A stretch of 63,350 nucleotides of DNA, counting the filler, from Rhabdomonas costata (taxonomy: Eukaryota), in the NCBI GenBank assembly GCA_019059605.1. It is 34 parts of 34 records of this genome, joined end to end, with 100 filler letters (N's around TTAATTAATTAA, not from the genome) between each part and the next. Parts side by side here need not be neighbours in the genome. Positions count along the whole stretch, not along the records: positions 46,663 to 48,429 come from JAHMHO010009375.1; positions 48,530 to 50,294 come from JAHMHO010009376.1; positions 50,395 to 52,159 come from JAHMHO010009377.1; positions 52,260 to 54,025 come from JAHMHO010009378.1; positions 54,126 to 55,890 come from JAHMHO010009379.1; positions 55,991 to 57,755 come from JAHMHO010009380.1; positions 57,856 to 59,620 come from JAHMHO010009381.1; positions 59,721 to 61,485 come from JAHMHO010009382.1; 26 more parts are not named here. One strand, given 5' to 3'. Position numbers and translations under genes: made by a program. Under the pieces are notes generated by a model, which was given only the letters and a program-made list of their open reading frames with translations, searched no databases and was not told the origin of the DNA. Position 1 is the stretch's first letter; every line of letters starts with the position of its first letter. Positions 47,972-60,728 of the stretch are shown one piece after another.

Positions 47972-50900
47972 GAAGTGAAGGCCTGGAAAAGGGTGCGGGA
48001 GTGAGGACACCTGATTACCCTTTCCAACCCTTCTGGGCTATCGTGTTAAAAAATACAAACCCAGAAGACTGTCACTTTTCAATTGCTTGAAACGTTGGCG
48101 GGGTTTGAGCGATTAAAGAATCCAGGAAGGCAGACATCTGGGTCATCGGGGTTGTACTTGGGACTCTTGCACCGGCTGCATGCCTTTCTTCAGCGAAACT
48201 TGCTTCCTCATAGACCTTTCTGATGAGAACAAGAGTAGAGGGCAGGTATATTGCCTAGCCACATCCAGGACGGACCAAGAATGAAGCAAAACCCCAAGCC
48301 GACGTCTGCGGCGGGGGCCCCTCGGCTGGGACGCTGTGGTAGCCCAGGAAGCACACCTTGCGCACCCTCACCACAGTGCTGGGAGGAGTGGGAGCCCGGC
48401 CGCGCCTCTCCTCCGGGCCGCGAGCGGGGNNNNNNNNNNNNNNNNNNNNNNNNNNNNNNNNNNNNNNNNNNNNTTAATTAATTAANNNNNNNNNNNNNNN
48501 NNNNNNNNNNNNNNNNNNNNNNNNNNNNNCTACCAATATACAAAAGGAGAAAGGGCAGGGAAGGATTGCCAGGAGGGATGCACACAGCTCGACCTGCTCA
48601 ATCCTGGTGGGGAAATCATCCACGGACGGAATCAGTTTCCTGTAAGTGGTGCACAAGGGACGATGGACCAAAAGTCAACAGCTCGGGCTCGTCACCAAGT
48701 TTCGTCGTACACTCCTTTCCGTACCGCCATCAATCCAGCGTAAGGAAAAACAAGACTCAGTACAGGGCGAAAAAGATGGCTTACAATACAGTTCCGCCAT
48801 GAGCGCCAGGGAAACTGCCCAGCTCAGGCCCAACGGTCCTCGTATTTTCTTGGACCCATCGGGCCCCCGTTCCTTATGTGCCACCACGCAGAGCGGAGAG
48901 CGGAGAGGTTCCACTGAAAATCCGTAAAAATAGAGAGACGGCCACGCAAAAATGCCATGCTCTTTCGTCCGTGTGCACTGCAACGAAGAAAAAGTGCTAC
49001 AAAACTCTTTTTGGGGGGTAATCTAGCAGTGCGAACGAAACAAAACGAAACAGGGAAACTATGGCCAGAGGTCGGAAAATCTGTTGAACCTGAAGGCGAA
49101 GGCACGTGCACGCTCATACGTGGTGGGTGCAAACGTCTTTATTTCCTGAAAGGCGGGCGAAAAGCGCACAAGAACAAACACGGTGTCCAAAACCAACGGA
49201 CTAAAAAGCCCTGAAGTACTGCCGTTCTGCGTTTCACCCAAGGCGCACAATAGGAGGTCTTGGGGCTTCCGTACCGGGCCCCCAGGGGAATCGAGCCTCG
49301 GAGGACCCCATCACCGCACAAGGACCCAGGCCCCATTTCGAAATAGCCTCGAAATGCTGGCATAAGACGAACTGCCCTACACCAGTCCAGTATACCAACA
49401 GGCTGTGTGCATACAGGTCATAGGGCTCTATAGGCCCCATAGCAAGGAACCCGCAAGTGGACCTGTCTAGCTTGGCTTGCACAGGCCCGCACTCGCAACG
49501 TTGTACAGCCCGCCCCAAAATGTGTGTGTGAGGGGTCCCCCCTACATAGCTGGGCCCGGGGTAGAGGGGTACCTTGGCAACGGGATTATGACACACAGCG
49601 ACCCCGCATGAGTGGGGGGGTCCCCCACAACTTCTGGACGCATGCTGTGAAAGTGATGGACACGTTTGCTTGCTTTGCTTCTGCTTCTGCTTCTGATTAC
49701 TTCACACGAGAATCTCAGTGTCCCCCTCCGAGGCACGAACAATCAAGGTGAAAGCGGGGAAAAGGAGGACAAGGCACATACTTCAAGAACTCTAATGTAA
49801 TCGTGATTGAGGAACTTGACAGATTGGATCCAACGTCGCATCTGAACAGCAACAAAACAATGGGGCAAAAAATACTACACCCCTTATAAAAGACTACCTG
49901 GGAGGTCGGGCGGCAAGCAGAGGCAACGGGGCGCTGAAGAAGCACCTCTGGATTATCTAAAGTGATGTCATTGAGGATTTTCACGTCGTGCACCGTCTTC
50001 GTGCTTATTCTCTGACCTTTAGGAACTGTGACCAAGGGAAGCAGCAATGAACACCGCACCAAAAGAGTCCATGCATCGTGTCAAAGAGAAAAACAGAAAT
50101 GCGCACACAAGGTAGGTATCTTCCTCCCTGAATTTCGTCCCATTCTAAGTCCTCCGAACTCGGCGACCCACTGTCAGAATGACTGTCAGAAATCACGGTC
50201 TCTGTGTCCTCTTTCGCGAATCTGCGAGCGAATTTGTGAAACAAACAAAAAGAAAAACAACACATCCAAGAAAAAAGTGATCCACCCCCACACCNNNNNN
50301 NNNNNNNNNNNNNNNNNNNNNNNNNNNNNNNNNNNNNNTTAATTAATTAANNNNNNNNNNNNNNNNNNNNNNNNNNNNNNNNNNNNNNNNNNNNAACCCG
50401 TCCGAGGGAAAACACCCCCCCTCCAAAAAAACAAGTACCTACCTCTATGAACAGATAAAACACACTCTTCTCCCTCTCTCATAATTAGAAACATCAAGAT
50501 GCAGGGACCCCATCCGGTACAGCTCCACTTCAGATCCCGGCACAATGCAGCACAAACGCAGAAGGGGGAGGGGGGATTCCAGGAAGAAAGATCGGACTAG
50601 AAAAATCCAGTACAGCTTCGAAGCTTCGTGACAAATGAGCAGAAAAAGATATTAAAAAGACAGGTGAATGAAAAAATGCACTTCTTAGCAGAAAAGTTCT
50701 AAGCATGAGGCAGGCCTGGGATCTTTGTACATACAGCAGGTCTCCCAAAACGCTGTGTGACCGGTCCTTAAGGTGAGGACTTTCTGGCCACTCCCCCACT
50801 CGGCCGGTTGCGGTGCCTCCTTAGCGAATTTTTCGTGTCCCTTTTGCGCCGATTTTTGTCCCACGCACCGGATGGTTCATCGACGGCACCCACAAAGTAT

Positions 50901-51042
50901 TTACAATTGGGAAAATTCGTATACCAACCCGACCCACTTTCCCTCTCCGCTTGAAGGGCAGAGCATGTGGCTCTGAAGAATACCACAAAGTGAGTGGATT
51001 TCCACTTGTATGAGCGTCACATTCGGCTGAGGCAGCTCACAC

Positions 51043-51267
51043 CTGAGGGCCTGCCGCAGGAACGCAGGGATCTGCCGCTGCACCCGCAGCACCCTCACCG
51101 CGGAGCCGTCCGGGGGGACCCCGTCGTACTTGAAAAGCGGGTGCCCGGTCAGCGCCCGGGTCACCGTGGCAGGCAGGGCGGAGGAGAAGGCCTCCAGGCT
51201 TAGGCCCCCGGCGTCGCCCAGGGCCAGTAACACCGCGCTGGTGTACGACACGGGCTCCCTCGTGAAC
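51043..51267 (-). CDS. Internal exon of a hypothetical protein
   Basis: 225-nt GC3-rich exon with AG/GT borders (FTREPVSYTSAVLLALGD...PAFLRQAL). Confidence 0.5.
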
Positions 51268-51427
51268 CTAAGTCACAGAATTCCAAAACGAGCAATCCAG
51301 CGCACGCACGCACGCTCAAGGCATTTTTAGTGGAGGACTTTTCTGCCTTTTCGAGCTTCCGAATACTTTCCCGCTGCCAGGCCACACCACACCACATCAC
51401 ATCACACCACACCACACCACACCATAG

Positions 51428-51783
51428 CTGGAATTGTCCACGGTAACATTTGTCATGCGAACATCCCAATAAGCAGGTCAGGAGACCTGAAGCTTGACAG
51501 TTTCGGAGGTCTCGTTGCGGACGGCCTCGCCGACGTTAACATTGAATTAAGATACCGAGCAGTCGAGCAGGTCATGTTCCGTGAAGATGTGCCGGCGAAA
51601 GCCGATATCTTCGCGTTGGGGTGCATAATCGCACAATTTTACAACTCCACAAGCACGAATTTTACCGCACCAAACCACACTACACACCCGGTGAGCACCG
51701 CCACGCAGCGTTTCGGGAGGCCCGTTGATATGGAGAAAGTCGCCATGCCTCTGCTTCGGCGCTCAAAATTCGACGCAATATGA
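51428..51783 (+). CDS. CMGC-like pseudokinase exon or kinase pseudogene fragment
   Basis: One open frame after an AG: GIVHGNICHANI...GDLKLDSFG...LRYRAVE...KADIFALGCIIA. These are subdomains VIb-IX with HRD changed to HGN and DFG changed to SFG. The ORF track covers only part of it. Confidence 0.65.
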
Positions 51784-52259
51784 GGTCCTCTTTGAATACC
51801 GGAGCTGCTTGGCTGATGTTCCATGAGCTGCTCTTCGCTTTGGCTTTTATGATGATTTCTCACTCGCTCACAACTTTGAGTTCTTTTTTCTTAAATCTTG
51901 TGCCGCTTCTCCCCAGCGCAGCGGAGGTTAGTCGAAGGCACCCGCAAGGTATGCACAACACACTCACACCCTTTCCCAAGCCACCTGGCCTCTATGCCCG
52001 CCAAAGGGAGCCCAAGCAAATGGGTCTGCCGCCTGAATTCGTATTCATGCACACTTCCGGACAATCCCTCCAGGCATTGATATACAAGATGAGCGCGGCC
52101 AAACGGCTATGGCGCTATGCCCCACTGGGATTTCGCAGAGGTCCTGAAGCTGAAGGCTTNNNNNNNNNNNNNNNNNNNNNNNNNNNNNNNNNNNNNNNNN
52201 NNNTTAATTAATTAANNNNNNNNNNNNNNNNNNNNNNNNNNNNNNNNNNNNNNNNNNNN

Positions 52260-53297
52260 GTCCAAGGCGGCCGCTCCGCCAATGACCAGAAAAGTCTTCT
52301 TCCAGCCCTGCCTTGCAGCACCTTTGGCTTCAGAGCCACTTCCAGATTGGTGGCATGACTACCCAATGACCAAATGATCAGGCAGAAGTACTTTCTGGAG
52401 GACACTGAGACTTTGGATGACCACCTGTTTCCATCATGGCCGTATTTGGGAACATGACCGGATTGTTGTGCCGAAATCGAGGGCCAAGGAGATCGTTGCG
52501 CAGTACCATGACCTGCCTGTGGCAGGCCATTGGAGAGTCCATCGCACTGTTTGCCTGGTGAGGAGACGGTACCGAATTGAACATCTCCGGAGGCTCGTGA
52601 GCCGTTATTGCAGGACTTGCGTGGCATGTCAACAGGCCAAGGCACAACATCATCTTCCCCGAGGCCACATGGAACAATTGGAGATGCCCATGAGACAGTG
52701 GCAGTCCATTTCCTTGGACTGGACGAACCTGCCGACGGTTAAAACGGCACAGGGGCAGATTTTTAATCAGGTGCTGACCGTCACGGACCGTGCTTCAAAG
52801 CAGGTGATCTTGATTCCCTGCTCGGACAAAGTGAAGGCACCCGAAGTGGCAGAACTGTTTTTGCACGAGGTGGTGCGCCACAGGGGATTGCCCTCCAGCA
52901 TCATTTCCGACAGGGACACCAAGTTCACGAGCGCTTTCTGGAAGGCGTTGTGCAACATGATGGAAATCAAGCAGCGCATGACTTCCCCGTTCCATCCGCA
53001 GGCGAATGGCGCCGCGGAGATAACAAACCACAAAATGAAGCAGGTGCTGCGGACGATTGTACTCGCCAAAATGCAGGAAGTCAGGGATGATATGCTGCCC
53101 AACTGGCTTCGCCTGCTGGACTTTGTTGAGATCGCCAGCAACAACCCCCCCCTTGGAGCTTCCACCCTAGCTTCTTCTTTGGCGTCCCCGACTTCGACAA
53201 GGAGAGGCTAGAACACGGTGACGATCAATGAATGGCTTGCACAGCTGACCTCCGACTGGGCCTTTGTGTCCCGTACCTTCGAGAGAGAAAGAGAGAA
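52260..53297 (+). mobile_element. Ty3/gypsy integrase region, relatively well preserved
   Basis: YHDLPVAGH...CRTCVACQ (HHCC), WQSISLDW, HRGLPSSIISDRD, FHPQANGAAE. Same family as 28003-29545. Confidence 0.95.
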
Positions 53298-53420
53298 GGC
53301 GCGGGAAATTCAATGTCAAAGTGGTTCCCTTTTAATCTTTGGCTGTGCTGTTGCTTGCCTCTGTGCTCTGTGGTACGCTGTGCTCCCTTTTGGTGGTCAA
53401 CCCCGTTTGTTGCCTTCGAC
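53298..53420 (+). repeat. Dispersed repeat abutting the integrase (shared with 42604-42725)
   Basis: ggcgcgggaa...gtggtacgctgtgc.cccttttggtggtca..cgtttgt.gcctt aligns across both loci. Confidence 0.85.
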
Positions 53421-53902
53421 AACGGGGCAAAGCCCCAAGAAAACTGGGTCTTTTTCTATACTTCTAAATAGTGTGTGTGGGTTGATTTGTCCTGAAACCA
53501 AATTATATTTTAATTGCTAATCTTTCTTCGGGCCACCCCCCCCCCAAATCCTCTGAGGCGGTGTGCCGTTCACCCGCCGAGGCTCGTGCTTTGTTACGTT
53601 TAATGAGGAAACAAATTTTAAAACAAGCCGGTCGGGTCAAGCGAAGAGGAGGAACATCACGAAAAATGACAGGGGTATTGGTGTTGACCAAAAAGTGCGT
53701 TTCGTTCGGTAAAAATGCGGTGACAGTTGTTGGGAGAATTTGTGTCTGAAAATTGGGTGATCCTTTTCCGTGTCCGTTTTTCTACGTCAACCTCTGTTTT
53801 ATAAAACCGTTTTAGCCAAGAACGGGACACGGGGAAGCTTTGGAAACCGGCAGGTGTGCTGGTAGGTGTCACGGACACCGCGGGCAACCAGGAATCACAC
53901 AT

Positions 53903-53979
53903 GGCCGGTCTTATGTCTGAGTGGTCTGGGGGCCGGGCTCGTGGCTGCAAGGTCGCGGGTTCGATTCCCGGACCCGGCC
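53903..53979 (+). pseudogene. tRNA-like sequence (His-GTG-like pseudo-tRNA or SINE head)
   Basis: A-box-like TGTCTGAGTGG, B-box GGTTCGATTCC and pairing ends GGCCGG/CCGGCC. GTG sits at the anticodon position, but the D and anticodon stems pair poorly. Confidence 0.6.
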
Positions 53980-56274
53980 GGGGCGGCCACGCCAAGACGA
54001 GTAGCCCGTCTTGGCTCCTGGTTCCNNNNNNNNNNNNNNNNNNNNNNNNNNNNNNNNNNNNNNNNNNNNTTAATTAATTAANNNNNNNNNNNNNNNNNNN
54101 NNNNNNNNNNNNNNNNNNNNNNNNNATAGTAGGTGCAGAGGTTTTTGGGATGGAGGCACATATCATTACCGATGATGCTGTTGTGGATGAGAGGAAGCTT
54201 CTTTTGGTGGTGGAGCGAGCTCAAAGCATATGATCTTATGCAAAGATGCGACAAGCAATAACAAGTTGCTTCATGGCATTGATTGTAGCAAAATTTGCAT
54301 GGGGATTAAGACATCTATGGAGCATATATGGAGCACACCGCAGTACCTCATGTTCACTCCAACCTTGTCGTAGCCATGCAGGAACACATCAGTTTTCAAT
54401 TCTTTCAAGTTTTCAGGTGGAGGAGGAGTTCGTATCATAAGCCCTTGCATTTACATTAGGTTTTGACGCCAACCGTAGTGGATTTGTAGCTGTGTTGGTT
54501 GGGACGCTACTCCTACGCGAGATTGATTGTGGTCATCACATTAGAAGAATCACATACAGAGTGTGTTTCCATCGTTCAGAGTGTATCATCATTGCCAGTG
54601 GAGGTTTGAGAGTAGGTTCTAGTGGCCATTCACGTACTGCAGTGGGTCCAGCGCTTACCCTGATGTGGTGGTTGTGTTTCATGTTCCAATGGTGACGTCA
54701 CGACATCAGCCGGTCCATCCATGGATAAGCGTCACTCTATGGCAATCTATGTGATGGAAGGCATTGTACCATCCCATTTAACTTACACTCCTAAGGCACC
54801 ACGAATAAGGTCACTCGTGATGCCTGCTGTGTGATGTGTCAACCTAGCTGGTGTTACGTGCATACGCGGTGACGGTTCACAATTCCTCTCTCAGTGCGTA
54901 ATCGACATCCTCACCCACACTCATGCAGGCTGGGTAGACATAGCCACTACGCGTGGTTGTCATCCAGCTCAAATCCACTTCCACAATCTGGATCAGTGCC
55001 TAGTTGAGTGAGCGTTTAACCGTTCCTCCATGTCTTTTCCTCATTGCGTATAATGTAGCATTTCTACACAGATTTTTGCTATCGTATCACTGCTTTTTCA
55101 ATACAGCTCTCATAGTCCTGTGTTCTAAATGCTGGTCTTCTTCAAATATAAACCTCTCTATAGTAGTAAGTAAGACCAATGTAACGACAGGCGAGCAGAA
55201 CCAGAAAACCGCATCGTGGTCCAACACAGTAGACAGACACATACAGACATACAGACATACAGACAGACACATAGCACTCAGGAATGTCTCATTACACACA
55301 CCAATGAACCAGCAACCAACACCCACACCTCCGACTCCGACTCATACTACGCCAACAACACACACCATACGCACAATTAGCCCAAACACATGACACACAA
55401 GCCAACCATAACACCCACATTGACACCAACCCTAACGCAGTTAAAAAATAAACCCTCTACACACAGTGACACTGTCAACCCCAAGCACACACCAACACCT
55501 CCACAGACGCAGCACCTACCATAGACCACACTAAGGTGCAAACAAAACTGGCAACAAGGATACACTAAAGACAACAAGACATTCGCACCACAGACACACA
55601 GACGCTCCAACAACACACGCTCCAACTCCTCCCACACAAACAGCTCCACCTACACAACACGCATCAGCACCAACTTCACAACCAGCATCGACGCCAACAC
55701 CACCACACACTAACTCACACCACCACCAACTCCAACACCACACCATATCCAACGCTACTCCATACAAACCACCAATACTATACCCAACCACTAACCCTAC
55801 ACTAAAATACAATAAAAACACGCGCGCGAGAAACCCATAGCACCAGCACCACCAATAGTACCCATCACAACACTACTACCACCCAAAACCNNNNNNNNNN
55901 NNNNNNNNNNNNNNNNNNNNNNNNNNNNNNNNNNTTAATTAATTAANNNNNNNNNNNNNNNNNNNNNNNNNNNNNNNNNNNNNNNNNNNNTTCTCACACT
56001 TGCAAAAAAGGTGCCCTGACCATGATTTGCTGGTTTCTGCTTTTTCTTGGGTGGTTTTACGGCCGTCCTCTGTCTCTCAATGTCTTTTTTATCAGTTGGG
56101 ACTTGCGTTGCATGTGAATAATGGGAGGTTTGGGTTGGCTCCCGGTTCCCAACTCGCTGCTAATCTTCTGTCGGAATCCCAACGCGACCTTATTGTGCCG
56201 TAAGATTATTGAACGGTGGGAGCGCTTGTTACAGCCCCTGCCCATCTGCCTTTTCCGGTTTTCCGGGTGCGCAG

Positions 56275-56858
56275 GACCTCACCCTACCTGCCGCCGCGAG
56301 GTTTGACATGGCCACCGGTGTGGCCGCCGCGACGACGAACATGTTGCAGAGCACCATCAAGGACCTCAACATGAAGTTCGGCTTGTCAGGTGTGGATGTG
56401 TGTTTCAAAACCGACTGTGATCTGAAGGCCCTGCTTGATTATTGGAAAGTCAAGAAACTCCTCAAAAACACCAAAGGCGGAAAAATGAAAGCGCATAAAC
56501 ATCGTAAGGTGTCCAACCACGATTCACTCGCGTGGACCCAGTGTCAAACACGAGGTAGGCGAATACGAAAATATAGCCCAACAACAGCGTTCATAGCGAT
56601 TTGACTGCGGGTGGGAGAAGACGTTGCCTTCTTGTTGTCTTTGGGTTAAAATGAGGGCTGGCTTACGTGCACCACATTCTCTCTTTCTTTCTGCTCACTC
56701 AAGGGTACCTCAGCCTTGGGATGGGGAAGGCCCATGACATGGACGTCAAGGTGACCGGGGGGCGCATTTCCCCTGCCGTGCTGGCGGCCTACCGAATGGG
56801 CCTGGCCGCGGTGGGTCACGTGCAGGAGAGGTTCGAGGAGTCTCGTCGGGAACTCAGG
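56275..56858 (+). CDS. Hypothetical protein, two internal exons
   Basis: Exons 56275-56389 and 56704-56858, GT-AG, phase-compatible and GC3-rich. Confidence 0.55.
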
Positions 56859-58978
56859 GTGCGCGACGAACCCCCCAGGCTCCCCTCCCCCCTTGCACTC
56901 ACATTTGTTCATTCCCTTGTGGTGTGGCAATGCGTCTGCTGCGCAAGAGCCACCATTGCTTTGAATGCATTTTATGTTGACGTGCCTGCTGCGGGAAAAT
57001 AAAAGAGACGAGGGGGAGTTGTACCGCATGCTCAAAAATAGACGGATGAGAGATAGACCCATGCCTTTCGTGAACTTAAGGTTCCCAAAAAAAAGTTCCC
57101 CCTCCCTCGCTCCCCTCGGAATTGTGAACCTTGCTGTGGCTGCTATATTTTGCCTCATGTTTGCAGTCGTCTTTGACATTTGTGCAACCCCTTTCCTTCC
57201 TTACGGTTGTTTTCCACCGTTCGCGAAAGAATCCTAAATTTGTGTTGGATTTGTGGTCATTTCAATACTATGACTTCTATTACACTCTCTCACTGATGAG
57301 CGCTTTAACGTCCATCCCGTTCATTCCCGTCTCTCGGATGGCGTTTGCATGCAATCCCAGGAGCAGCCCTCGCTGGACAGGCCTTCCGCCCCGTGAGAGG
57401 CTCCCATCGACGCCGACTCCACAGGCCGTCTTCTGCCCGTTTCGCGTGCACCCCGTATGCCGTGGAACACCAAGGGACAGCACACCCACGAATACAGTGA
57501 AGTGGGTGTGAGCACTGGCTCCTCTTCAATATTCTTATGTCAGTCATGTAAGTCTGCTGTTCGTGTCCGGGTGCGTGTTCTTCAACTCGTGTGTGTTTGG
57601 GACGGGTTTAGATGTGTTGAGGCCTGGAGTTGCATAAACCACGCCAGCACACGTCTATTCGGTACCCTGCTGTGCTTGCTGTGTTGCGCGTGTGTGCCAT
57701 AACAAAAGCTGAACGTGAGCTGAGGGGTCGCCCCTCCAAACTACCACCAACAACCNNNNNNNNNNNNNNNNNNNNNNNNNNNNNNNNNNNNNNNNNNNNT
57801 TAATTAATTAANNNNNNNNNNNNNNNNNNNNNNNNNNNNNNNNNNNNNNNNNNNNGGGTTTGTGTACCACGCTGTCCGTTCCTGTTGTCCATTCTCAGTC
57901 TGCAGCGCTCATTGCAAATGCGAGCACAGTGAGATCACAATGGGAGCGCAGTGGAAGGCGCACTGTGTGCTCTTTGTTTGGACAGCCCCTGGTGGGTGAG
58001 GCGAGGTGGCCAGCGCAATTTTTTGAGGTGTAAACGTGGAAGTTGATAAGCTGTATGCTGCCTTTGCGGATCTGATCGTGCCTCAATTCGAAATCAAACT
58101 TTTTTCCAATTAAGGGGCATAAATGTAAGCCCAAAGACTTACCAACGGAACTGTGATATCAACGCCACCTTTTGGTATATGTTTATGGTCATGGGATGTT
58201 TTAGTTTTATTAGTTTTACACCAATGCCTTTGGTTACACAAAACTGGAGCATGGAAGTATGAAGTATGGCATGGAACAGGTGCTTGCGAGTGTGAGGTGG
58301 ACTTCTGCTACAGGCGGAAAACTGCGTGGCCGTGTGTCAGGACAACTTCCTGGCTGTTTTCGACATTCGGATTTCTGACAAGTCTGCGCTGATAAAGGCC
58401 CTACCTGTGGGCACGGACCGCCTTCAGTCCCTTGCAGTGTCCACTTTAAGGGCAACCGATGTTGGTATGTGAAAGCCTGGTGAAAGCATTTCTGCTTCAC
58501 GGCAGTCACATCAGGTGAAGGTCAAGCAGGGGGACGATGTGATCTCTAAATTGAAACTGAATCTAAAAACAAACTGGAAGTGGTGAAAATAGACTATTAT
58601 TGTACATTGGAAGCTCTTTCTTTCCTCTCAATTAAATCATTCTTTGTGTTGTGTTTAATTCACTATTAAGCATCTTAAGCATCTTTTGATATTTTAGGGA
58701 AAGTAATATGGGGCCGAACCCAAACGTGAATTCGATAATGGGGGGCGATGTGCGCTTTCAGCGTAAATGGTCTGTGCGAGATAAAGTTGCCGAGGGAAGG
58801 GCAAACGCCGAGGTAAAGGAGTTGGGGTTAACATGGCAGCAGCGAATATTCAGTCCGGATACGACTGTTCTGCTATGAGTTGATTTTTACTCATCCATTG
58901 GACCGAATCACAGCTTATTTAACAGCGCAGTGGCTTTTATTTGCGCTTTGCGCTCTTTGTCGACCAACCCTGGTGCAG

Positions 58979-59620
58979 GGCTCGCCGGAGATGCTCGGAC
59001 GGTGTATGTCGTGGATTCCCGCAAGTGGAACATTCGTTGCGCCTGGGGCAACGCCCTGAAGTTTAGCTGCGCGTCTCTGTCGTTCTCGCGCTGCACACCA
59101 GATCTAGTCTTTGCAAGGTGGTTGGTTCGGGTTGGCGTTGGTGTTGCGAACTTTCTTACGTGTGGACCGGGTTTCGAGCATATATGTGCAGCAGGTCGCT
59201 TTGGCTCTCTTGTCACTACCAGGAAGAAGCTGAATTATGAATTGTTCACGTTTGGACTTTTACAACTGTAAGAAAATTGCTAAAGATTGGTTGTGTAATC
59301 TGCATGTAGGTGGGAATGAAGGGCTCAGAAATGGATTTCGCTCGCCCTTCACGTCCTTTTTTGGATTCTTGTTGGTCACTCTTTCTTGTTGTTATGTAGC
59401 ACGTTTTCAGAGCTGTTTTTTGTTATAAAGGGAGCGTATTTCAATGCTCGGAAGCATCTCACAAAGGCTGCCAAGGCAGTTCATCGACTGATGCTGGCGA
59501 CATGCCCCTCGCACCTGCGCACGTGCCTCTCTTGTTTCACTTCATTTCTCCTGTGCAGTGGCGTTCACAGTGAGTTTCGCTGCGGCACTTGCGGCGGGGA
59601 GGGGGCCCCTGCCTCTTCCT
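58979..59620 (+). CDS. WD40-like beta-propeller protein, internal exons
   Basis: Exons 58979-59117 and 59559-end in frame: RTVYVVDSRKWNIRCAW...ASLSFS...DLVFAS|GVHSEFRCG. Confidence 0.5.
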
Positions 59621-59836
59621 NNNNNNNNNNNNNNNNNNNNNNNNNNNNNNNNNNNNNNNNNNNNTTAATTAATTAANNNNNNNNNNNNNNNNNNNNNNNN
59701 NNNNNNNNNNNNNNNNNNNNCTCACTCTCCTGTCTCACGCTCTCTGTACACAGTGAGTTAATCGCACGGAGCTAAGCTCTTAGATCAAGTATCACGTTGG
59801 AGAAGCCTTGTGTGTTGTGTCATTGTGCTCTGTCCT

Positions 59837-60028
59837 TCAGATTCCGAGATGGTGCAGAAGCTGTAGAACAATACGAAGATCGTCTTGCTGAAGTTCCTCT
59901 GCTGGGCTGCGCGGGCCGTGGTTTCTGCGTTTGCTCGTGAAAGAGATGTGGTCTTTGGCCCGGCACACTTGGACCAATTGTGCACCAGTAACTTCACTGA
60001 CTGCACGCTGCAGCGCTTCGGGCGCCAC
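59837..60028 (-). CDS. Possible terminal exon of a hypothetical protein
   Basis: ctttcAG acceptor, then an open frame to TGA (VAPEALQRAV...LLHHLGI*). Confidence 0.3.
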   Translation of the reverse strand: MAPEALQRAVSEVTGAQLVQVCRAKDHISFTSKRRNHGPRSPAEELQQDDLRIVLQLLHHLGI

Positions 60029-60622
60029 CTGAAAGCTTCTTGGGATGGGACATCCACCAGACCTTGTTCAAGCTCGCTTCATTGGGATAGCAAGGCGGTT
60101 CCTTTGCGCTCCCCCCCCCCAGCTCCTAAAGCGCCCAGGAAAACGAAGATCACAGACATATTTGGTTTGCAGATGGGGTTTGCGCATTTTGCCAGTCATT
60201 TATGCTCGGTGATGTGTTACAGACGCGCTTGCTGCGCGGGTAATAGTGATTAATCCAGCATGTACTTTCATGGACTCCCAAAAGTGCAGATTTTCTGTTT
60301 TGGGCAATTTTGTCCTGTGCCGTGTAGGCGCTTTTTGGTTGTTTCCTCTCCCCAGCCACTGCTCAGCAACAGGAGAAACGCTGCCCCAACACCAAGACCA
60401 AGTGGATAGACGAGCCTAGTCCCCGTGCGCGCTTCTTTTTGCCTCTGAACGTTCGTTCATATTTTGCCCGTGGCAATTCTTTCTTGACTCGTAGGAAAGG
60501 CTACGAGGGTCTGTTGGACCGATAGGTACAGGGATGATTCATTGCCCTCCTCCCCTCCTTTAGTTTGTTCTCTTGATATTGTGTGCTTTTTGAGTGCCCT
60601 AACGATGGCAAGCACCCCCTAG

Positions 60623-60728
60623 GAAGACCGCGACCTTGCGTTCCTGAAAGAAGATGTGGGCCCCATCCTGGCAAAGGGCCTCGCCCAGACCGTGGCCGCG
60701 TCGCCTCACGATCCTGTGGAGTACCTGG
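60623..60728 (+). CDS. Dpy-30/RIIa-like dimerisation-docking domain exon
   Basis: AFLKEDVGPILAKGLAQTVAASPHDPVEYL matches the Dpy-30 motif. AG/GT borders. Confidence 0.8.

Noticed and set aside
54126-55200. Possible decayed retroelement
   Set aside because: No legible motifs in the frames I read.
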